Shown: one piece after another, positions 57,585-64,000 of the stretch
How the letters are laid out: the number at the start of each line of letters is the position of its first letter
Position numbering within the stretch: position 1 is the stretch's first letter
Assembly (NCBI GenBank): GCA_963752595.1
Contig: CAVVYZ010000024.1
Coordinates: 1-64,000 of the forward strand
Reading direction: 5' to 3'
Source: an uncultured delta proteobacterium
Lineage (GTDB): Bacteria; Desulfobacterota; Desulfomonilia; UBA1062
Length of the DNA: 64,000 bases
Notes under the pieces: model-generated
Seen by the model: the letters and a program-made list of their open reading frames with translations, nothing else
Database searches by the model: none
What the model was told of the DNA's origin: nothing
Made by a program: the position numbers and the translations under genes

Positions 57585-58664
57585 TCAGGCATTAAACCGG
57601 ATACTCAGGATGTCCCCGTCCTGGACGATATAATTCTTTCCCTCGAGCCTGAAAAGCCCCTTATCTCGCAGGGCCTTTTCACTGCCGAGTTCCATGAGAT
57701 TCTTGTATGAGAAGCATTCCGCCCTGATGAATCCTCTCGCCAGGTCCGAATGGATAGCGCCTGCCGCATCCACTGCCGTATCCCCTCTCTGGATGGTCCA
57801 TGCCCGCACCTCATCCGGACCCACGGTAAAGAACGTTATGTAGCCCAGCACCTCATATGCCAGCATGCTGAGACGGTCTTTCGCAGAAACCTGGATGTTC
57901 ATGTCTTCCATAAAGGCAACTGCTTCGTCCGTTTCGAGCTTGCCCAGCTCCGTCTCGAACTTACCTGCGAACTCCACGGTCCGGAAGTCTTCTTCCAGAC
58001 GGGTCATGAGAGAAGCGTTGCGGGAAAAGCTGTTTTCATCGGAATTCAGGATCACCATGATGGGCTTCTCCGTGAGGAACCGGTACCCCCGAAGCAGTTT
58101 TAGTTCCTCGGGAGACAGGCCCAAGGCACTGATCATGATATTCTTCTCCAGCCCCTCGTATATTTTCATAAGGGCCTTTTTCTCAAGCTCCATATCCGGC
58201 GTTGCCGCCCCCCTCTTGGAAAAATGGTCGATCCGCTCCAGCCTTGTCTCAGCCATGATGAGGTCCGAGAGGACAAGCTCGGTGATGATGGTCTCCTTGT
58301 CTGCGGAAGGGTTGGCCGGGCCCATCATCCCGTCGAGCATCTCGTGAGAAAAATTGCGCAGCACCAGGGCGAGTGCATCGGCATTCTTGACCAGGGCGAG
58401 CTCGGACGGGCTGAAAATCTGCTTTTTATCCTCGCCCGATGCAAACCCCACGAAATCCATGCATTCTATGGTCGCGTAGGTGGTCTTTTTCGGCTTATAC
58501 ATCTCCATGAGCTTTTCCACCCGCGGGTCCGTCACCTGAACGACGGCGATATTCGGCTCCGGTCTTGACGAGGCAAAGGCATTCGTTTCGATATCAGAGC
58601 CGGTCAGGGCATTAAAGATCGTTGTCTTCCCGGATTTCTCCAGACCGATGAGACCGATTCGCAT
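57585..58664 (-). CDS. ychF: YchF/Ola1-family ATPase
   Basis: GLEKSGKTTIFNALT; TGS domain FFTVGPDEVRAW...AGAIHSDLARGFIRAE...EGKNYIVQDGD. Confidence 0.9.
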   Translation of the reverse strand: MRIGLIGLEKSGKTTIFNALTGSDIETNAFASSRPEPNIAVVQVTDPRVEKLMEMYKPKKTTYATIECMDFVGFASGEDKKQIFSPSELALVKNADALALVLRNFSHEMLDGMMGPANPSADKETIITELVLSDLIMAETRLERIDHFSKRGAATPDMELEKKALMKIYEGLEKNIMISALGLSPEELKLLRGYRFLTEKPIMVILNSDENSFSRNASLMTRLEEDFRTVEFAGKFETELGKLETDEAVAFMEDMNIQVSAKDRLSMLAYEVLGYITFFTVGPDEVRAWTIQRGDTAVDAAGAIHSDLARGFIRAECFSYKNLMELGSEKALRDKGLFRLEGKNYIVQDGDILSIRFNA

Positions 58665-58906
58665 AGGGTTCCCCTTTTTCGAAGATAAAATACGGCTTGC
58701 CGCTTATAACATCAATAATCAGGAATTCCAACCTCGTAACAGGTCTCCGGTCAAGACATGGGCATTCCTTAAGAGATTCACGATGAAAGCACGTCATCTT
58801 CAAACATGTCCGCCGGGAAAAAAATCGGCCCTTCCCTTTGCAAATCACCCGTTATCGGATTATCTTTATTTAAGGATGAAATAAATTCCCCAGCGAAGGA
58901 GGATAT

Positions 58907-59374
58907 ATGCGGACGGCGAAAGACATCATGACGAGTCCGGTAATCAGGCTGTCGCCCACGATGGAGATCGTGGCCGCAGCAAAGATCCTAATGGATAATC
59001 ATATCAACGGGGCGCCCGTTGTCGATGACGACGGAACTATCGTGGGAATGCTGACCAGGGACGATCTGATCATGCAGCAGAAGAAGATCCCCCTGCCCTC
59101 GTATTTTGTCGTTCTCGATTCCCTCATCCCCCTGCACTCGGTCGGGCAGGTCGAAAAAGAGATGGAAAGGATCGCTGCAACAACCGTAGAGCATGCCATG
59201 ACAAAGACGCCGGTCATTGTCACCCCGGATACCACCATCGAAGATATCGCAAGCCTCATGGTGGACAAAAAGATCCACACCATCCCCGTTCAGAAGCATG
59301 ACGGAGAGATCGTGGGAGTCATCGGCAAGGAAGATCTCCTCAAGACACTCTTTAGGCCCCGGGATAAAGTTTAG
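58907..59374 (+). CDS. CBS-domain protein
   Basis: TAKDIMT, GAPVVDDDG, HTIPV; AGGAGG RBS. Confidence 0.9.
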   Translation: MRTAKDIMTSPVIRLSPTMEIVAAAKILMDNHINGAPVVDDDGTIVGMLTRDDLIMQQKKIPLPSYFVVLDSLIPLHSVGQVEKEMERIAATTVEHAMTKTPVIVTPDTTIEDIASLMVDKKIHTIPVQKHDGEIVGVIGKEDLLKTLFRPRDKV

Positions 59375-60801
59375 AGCATGTTTCCGCAGAACCTATCCTC
59401 GTCGTCGCATACGGTACAGGATCTTTCCTGCAAGGCCTCTTTCATGGCAAGATACCCGGAATACTGGTAGGAGACCTTCAGGGCACGGACAGCCTCTTCC
59501 GGCGATTCAAAGATAGGCACCTGGTACTTCTGCCGGTAGGTCACGGTCTTGTGTACGGCGTTGGGTGTATAGATCGCTGCAGGCTTTCCGTAGTAGCGGC
59601 ACTTCTTCACCAGCTCGACAATCGCATCGATAACCATGGGGTGCCACAGGCTCGGCACGGGAAGGAGCCCGTCCACCTCGTCGGAAGAAAGCAGGATGTC
59701 GAAGATTTCGAGGAATGTCTGCATGGAGAGTGCAGGCCCTAAGTCTATGGGGTTCGACACATTGAAGATCTGGCCTGTCTTGCTCAATTTTTCCTGGGTC
59801 TCGGGCGAAAGGCGCGCCATTTCAAGCCCTGCCTGAACGAGCAGGTCGGCCGTGATGCCCCCGAAGGCGCCCGAGTTCGTGAATACCGCAATCCGCTTGC
59901 CCTTTAAGGGAGGCATATGGGTAAAGATCTTCGGCAGGGCATGGAGCTCCGATATGCTGCTTACCCGGACAATGCCTGCCTGCCTGCAGGCATTGTCAAA
60001 GACGTCATCGTTGTTCGCCATACCCGCGGTATGGGACATGGCTGCGCGCGAGCCTTCGCTCGTACGGCCCACCTTGAAGGCCAGAATGGGCTTCTTCACC
60101 CGCCGGGCCGTCTCGATCAGCTTTCTCCCGTCCTTGATGTTTTCGAGGTACATCCCGATGACCTCGGTGGAATCGTCCCTCTGGAAGTATTCGAGCATGT
60201 CGGCCTCGTCGATATCGGACTTGTTCCCGATGCTGACGATCTTATTGGCCTTAACCACGTCCATGCTGAAGGATTCGAGCACGATGACCACGATCCCGCC
60301 GCTCTGGATGATGTAGGAGATGCTGCCGTTCTCCCTGGCAAAGATATTGAAATCTTCCTGCTGGATGCCGTAGAAGCAGCAGAACTTGTTCCGCGTATTG
60401 AGCACGCCGAGGCAGTTCGGGCCCATGATCCTCATGTTGTTTTTCTTTGCGGTCTCGTCGATCCGGCGCTGCATGGCCCTGCCCTGTTCGCCTCCTTCAG
60501 AGAAACCCGAGCTTTCGATGATGAGGTGTTTGATGCCTTTCTTCGCGCATTGATCTACGAAGTCCGGAACGACCGCTGCAGGCGTGATGATCACCGCCAG
60601 GTCCACATCGACCGGTATATCCGTTACCGCCGCGTAGCCCGGGCATCCAGATACCGCCTCGCCCTTGCGGTTCACGGCACAGACGTGGCCATCCCACGCG
60701 GAGAATTCGCTCAAAGCACGGCAGATGGTTGCGCCGAGGTTGAAGGGGGAATTCGATGCCCCGATGACTGTTACGGATTTCGGGTTAAAGAATGTTTCCA
60801 T
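59371..60801 (-). CDS. ADP-forming acyl-CoA synthetase alpha-type subunit (CoA-binding + ligase domains)
   Basis: FFNPKSVTVIGAS, SSGFSE, GPNCLG, QSGG, SIGNKSD, phospho-His AMSHTA, TNSGA. Confidence 0.88.
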   Translation of the reverse strand: METFFNPKSVTVIGASNSPFNLGATICRALSEFSAWDGHVCAVNRKGEAVSGCPGYAAVTDIPVDVDLAVIITPAAVVPDFVDQCAKKGIKHLIIESSGFSEGGEQGRAMQRRIDETAKKNNMRIMGPNCLGVLNTRNKFCCFYGIQQEDFNIFARENGSISYIIQSGGIVVIVLESFSMDVVKANKIVSIGNKSDIDEADMLEYFQRDDSTEVIGMYLENIKDGRKLIETARRVKKPILAFKVGRTSEGSRAAMSHTAGMANNDDVFDNACRQAGIVRVSSISELHALPKIFTHMPPLKGKRIAVFTNSGAFGGITADLLVQAGLEMARLSPETQEKLSKTGQIFNVSNPIDLGPALSMQTFLEIFDILLSSDEVDGLLPVPSLWHPMVIDAIVELVKKCRYYGKPAAIYTPNAVHKTVTYRQKYQVPIFESPEEAVRALKVSYQYSGYLAMKEALQERSCTVCDDEDRFCGNML

Positions 60802-60843
60802 GGCTGCACCTCTCATGATGTTTTTAGGCTCGTCAAATGAAGT

Positions 60844-60868
60844 ACTCCTTAAGCTTGGCTTAAGGAGT
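60844..60868. other. Perfect inverted repeat upstream of the acyl-CoA synthetase gene
   Basis: ACTCCTTAAGC-ttg-GCTTAAGGAGT. Confidence 0.5.
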
Positions 60869-61027
60869 GTTAACTATCTTTATTATGTTACTCCACTCTC
60901 CTGTGTCCTCTCCCCAAGGCACCCGAGAAGCGGGTCGTGGGAGGAAGAGGAGGTAACCCCGCTGCAAGCAGCAGGGAATCTTCTGATTGAAGCTTCCATA
61001 GCGCCCAAACGCCTCCTCGCGTCTGCC

Positions 61028-61543
61028 TCATGAAGATTTCCTTTGCTCCAGCTCTTTCCGGTAGACATCCCGGAGCATCTCGATCATGCTCACGATTGTC
61101 TGGTAGATGAACCGGCCGTTCTCATCCACTGACTGCTCCGCATAATCCTTCATATGCTCCAGATCCTCCAACTGCTCCTCCATGGAGCCGATCTCGCTTT
61201 CGAACTGCCTGACCACCTCCTCGCGGGAAAGGAACCTGAAGAAAAAGGCCCTGGTGAGGAAGTCGAGCTGGTAATCGACCGGGATGGGCGGCGAGGTCAG
61301 GGCTTTCATGAATTCCTGCCTGCCTTTTTCCGTGATGGAGTATACGTGCTTATTGGGCTTGCCGGTCTGAAACACGACCTCCTTGCGGACAAGGTCGCCT
61401 GCCTCGAGCTTCCTGAGTGCAGGATAGATCTGGTTGAGGCTCAAGTTGTAGGCCATCATCAGCCTGCCGGTGATATTCTTGATTTTATATCCGCTCTTGG
61501 GGCCTGACATGAGGAAGCCCAGGATCATCTGGTCGGTGTCCAT
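61028..61543 (-). CDS. PadR-family transcriptional regulator
   Basis: ILGFL..GPKSGY, QIYPALRKLE, GKPNKHVYSITEKG. Confidence 0.93.
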   Translation of the reverse strand: MDTDQMILGFLMSGPKSGYKIKNITGRLMMAYNLSLNQIYPALRKLEAGDLVRKEVVFQTGKPNKHVYSITEKGRQEFMKALTSPPIPVDYQLDFLTRAFFFRFLSREEVVRQFESEIGSMEEQLEDLEHMKDYAEQSVDENGRFIYQTIVSMIEMLRDVYRKELEQRKSS

Positions 61544-61588
61544 GAAAACAGCTCCATGTTGTTTTTATCAGCATTAGTTTTGTTTGCT

Positions 61589-61629
61589 ATATTTTATAAT
61601 AAAATATCATATTCTCCGATATATGTCAA
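61589..61629 (-). promoter_or_regulatory. Sigma-70 promoter of padR overlapped by a palindromic candidate operator
   Basis: Minus strand TTGACA (61629-61624), 17 bp spacer, TATTTT with an upstream TG; palindrome ATATTTTAT-a-ATAAAATAT at 61589-61607. Confidence 0.6.
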
Positions 61630-61656
61630 TATGTCATACCGGCAATCATGCTTCTG

Positions 61657-63162
61657 TTAAGCGACTGATTTTTTCAGAATCCCGCCGGCGTTCCTCTGGG
61701 CATGATACCTGGAAACATGGCCCAGGGCGCGAAGACAATTCCCCAGGTCATGGAAAACCGGGATTCCTTTGCTCAGGAAGATGCTCCTCGTATCGCGGAT
61801 GAGCTCTTCGATGTCCAGAGAATCCATGCCCTGCCTGAAATTGGGAAGGACGAGCATGAGGGGCTTTCCCGTAGCAGAGCTTACCTCGGATGCCATTTCT
61901 GCCATTTCCCGGTAAGGGGCGATGTCCTTGACCGATTCGACGCCTAAGCCCAGCGCAAGAGACTTGTAATGGTGGAGGAGCAGGATGAGGATCTGGAGAT
62001 CGATCCGCGGGTCTTTCGCTGCGTGGAGGAATATTTCCCGGTATGCCTGGGGGCCGACGAAGGGGTTTGCCGCATCGATCGGATTCTTTGCGCTCGAGCC
62101 GGGTTTGGGGAGGAAATCAAGGATCTTTTCGCTTATCGCGGGGTCCAGCATGGGGATACCAAGCCCGTAGCGCTCGGCGGCGTCGCAGGCACTCACGCCC
62201 AGGGCACCGCCTCCGCCGGCAACGGTGATATTCTGATAGGCCCGCTCGGGAAGCAGCGAGAAGGCAAGGCAGACTTCCGCCATCTCCCACAGGTCTCCGA
62301 CCTGAATGGCGCCGCTCTGATTCAGGACGGCCTGCCAGATCTTGTGGCTGCCCCCCATGGATGCGGTATGGCTCGCAACGGCCCTGCCTCCTGCTTCGGA
62401 GAGGCCGCCTTTGTTAATGATCACGGGCTTCTTTGCGGCCACATCCCTCAAGACAGAGAAGAAGGAGGCCCCATCCTCGACCCCTTCGATATACATCGCG
62501 ATTACCTTTGTCTCGGGGTCATCGCCGAGGTAGGCGAGGAGCTCTGTCTCCCTTAAGTCGGCCCCGTTTCCGAAGCTCACCACCTTGGAGAACCCGATGC
62601 CCATCCATTTGCCGATGTGTGCAAAGTCGATTGACATGCCGCCGCTCTGGGAAACGAAGCCCACAGGCCCGCTTTCCCGCGACAAGTCCGGCCCGGGAAG
62701 AAGGGTAAGCCCGCTCCCGGGGCAGTAGATCCCGAAGCAGTTCGGCCCCACGACCCGGATCCCCAGCGAGCAGATATCCTTGATTTCTTTTTCAAGCCTC
62801 GATCCTTCAGGCGTCCCCATCTCGGAAAAGCCCGAGGAGAGTATCTCCGCTCCTGCAGCGCCCTTGAGCCTGCACTCCTCGAGTGCCTTGGGTACATGCT
62901 CTGCAGGAACGGCGATAACGGCGAAATCTATCGGCTCAGGGATTTCATGAACGCTCCGGTAGAGCTTCCTGCCCTTGAATTCCCCGCCTTTTGGGTTTAC
63001 GGCGTAGATCGAACCATCATACCCTATCGCTTCAAGGGCGTTGAGGATTCCGCTGCCGAATACGTTTCCTCTGGAAGAAACACCGATAACTGCAATACTC
63101 CTGGGATAAAAAATACGATCGAAGGCGTCTTTCTGAGCAGGCTCCCTTTTTTCCGACCTCAT
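61657..63162 (-). CDS. ADP-forming acyl-CoA synthetase alpha-type subunit (second paralog)
   Basis: IFYPRSIAVIG, SSGFSE, GPNCFG, SQSGG, SFGNGAD, phospho-His VASHTA, NPID; GAGGAG RBS before ATG 63162. Confidence 0.88.
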   Translation of the reverse strand: MRSEKREPAQKDAFDRIFYPRSIAVIGVSSRGNVFGSGILNALEAIGYDGSIYAVNPKGGEFKGRKLYRSVHEIPEPIDFAVIAVPAEHVPKALEECRLKGAAGAEILSSGFSEMGTPEGSRLEKEIKDICSLGIRVVGPNCFGIYCPGSGLTLLPGPDLSRESGPVGFVSQSGGMSIDFAHIGKWMGIGFSKVVSFGNGADLRETELLAYLGDDPETKVIAMYIEGVEDGASFFSVLRDVAAKKPVIINKGGLSEAGGRAVASHTASMGGSHKIWQAVLNQSGAIQVGDLWEMAEVCLAFSLLPERAYQNITVAGGGGALGVSACDAAERYGLGIPMLDPAISEKILDFLPKPGSSAKNPIDAANPFVGPQAYREIFLHAAKDPRIDLQILILLLHHYKSLALGLGVESVKDIAPYREMAEMASEVSSATGKPLMLVLPNFRQGMDSLDIEELIRDTRSIFLSKGIPVFHDLGNCLRALGHVSRYHAQRNAGGILKKSVA

Positions 63163-63330
63163 GAAACCCTCCTCGAAAATTGCTTGCCATAAAACATGTA
63201 ACAACCCTGTAGATTTCACTTTTCTGATGCTCACGTCAATAAGTTTATACAGCTTTTCGAAAGGTAATGTTTACATTACTCATTTCTGCACTTATTATTA
63301 TTCCTAAAAAGGAAGGGAACCTAAAACCTC

Positions 63331-64000
63331 ATGCCCAAGGAAAACACCCACCTCTGGTTTGCCCACGGACTCTTGGACTTCGTACCGGAGACACGGATGC
63401 TCAAGGATGTCTCGGCGCATATCGGCCAATACCATCTCGGCTCCATTATCCCTGACACGTTCTTCTACAGCTCCGATAAATCCGTGGGAGAGGTTTCGGA
63501 AATCATCCACGGAAAAGACAGCAGCCCCACGAACAAGATCATCATCCGCGTGCTCGACGAGGCAAAAGGCATGTCCGATGTCGCCTTCATCCTCGGGTAT
63601 ATCAGCCATTGCGCGCTGGATATCACCTTCCACCCAATGGTCAATTCCCTGAGCGGCAACTATTATAACGAAGATCCCCTGGAAAGGCATGAAGCCGTCT
63701 ATCTGCACCGTCACATCGAGACCTGCATCGATGCCCTGATCCAGAATCCTTTGAGGATCTACCGGCTTGTCCGCGTATCCCTGCTGAGCGGACTCGTCTT
63801 TGAAGACATCATTCAAAAGGAACACTCCGTACCGCCCCAAAAGCAGGAACGAACCCTCTCAAGGCAGCTTCTCGCAAACCGTCTGTTCGCAAGCGGCGGC
63901 GCATTCATGCTTGCAAAATTCCTCCACAATGTCGGAATTATTCAGTCCAAAGAGCCGCTTTCGCTTTTTTACGGAAACGCCCGAGAACATCGCTGCATCG
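63331..64000 (+). CDS. Zinc-dependent phospholipase C family protein; runs off the window end
   Basis: Read directly from the sequence (not in the ORF track): MPKENTHLWFA...LGSIIPDTFFY...GYISHCALDITFHP...HRHIETCID. Confidence 0.8.
   Translation, partial: MPKENTHLWFAHGLLDFVPETRMLKDVSAHIGQYHLGSIIPDTFFYSSDKSVGEVSEIIHGKDSSPTNKIIIRVLDEAKGMSDVAFILGYISHCALDITFHPMVNSLSGNYYNEDPLERHEAVYLHRHIETCIDALIQNPLRIYRLVRVSLLSGLVFEDIIQKEHSVPPQKQERTLSRQLLANRLFASGGAFMLAKFLHNVGIIQSKEPLSLFYGNAREHRCI

Noticed and set aside
63304-63840. Minus-strand 178-aa ORF
   Set aside because: It is antisense to the + strand Zn-phospholipase C-like gene starting at 63331
1-64000. Many long antisense or alternate-frame ORFs (e.g. 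15602-16516, 36417-37670, 44907-45752, 59917-60840)
   Set aside because: They shadow well-supported genes and have no recognisable motifs, as expected in moderately GC-rich coding DNA
1-64000. CRISPR arrays, tRNA/rRNA genes, riboswitches, prophage or defence genes
   Set aside because: No spaced direct repeats or recognisable RNA or phage genes were seen by eye; an Rfam or tRNAscan run could still find short elements

Overview
This is chromosomal DNA from a probable anaerobic deltaproteobacterium (Desulfobacterota/Syntrophales-like; inferred from gene content only). It has about 50 intact genes and no rRNA, tRNA or CRISPR array that I could recognise. In order: the 3' end of PTS enzyme I; a PilZ/Zn-ribbon protein; a stand-alone ribosomal protein S4 lacking the N-terminal Zn cysteines; a PAS hybrid kinase; a decayed zone (dmeF-like pseudogene plus a collapsed glycyl-radical enzyme/activase remnant); a ~1340-aa internally duplicated membrane protein; a SWIM-finger protein; a CHASE4 diguanylate cyclase and a NarL-type two-component pair; a treXYZ operon extended by a PLD-DedA fusion and an EEP hydrolase; a pilY1-pilW-pilV-pilX cluster with an IS4 element just upstream; then housekeeping genes (mazG, MATE, NifU-like, metW/metX, panB/panC, a transsulfuration enzyme, ychF), an MBL hydrolase-hypA-hypB operon with no hydrogenase nearby, and two alpha-only ADP-forming acyl-CoA synthetase genes around a PadR regulator. 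Three IS elements have identifiable ends. The best candidates for new biology are the MBL-hypAB operon, the giant duplicated membrane protein and the stand-alone S4. All functional ideas are hypotheses, and family calls come from motif recognition, not database searches.
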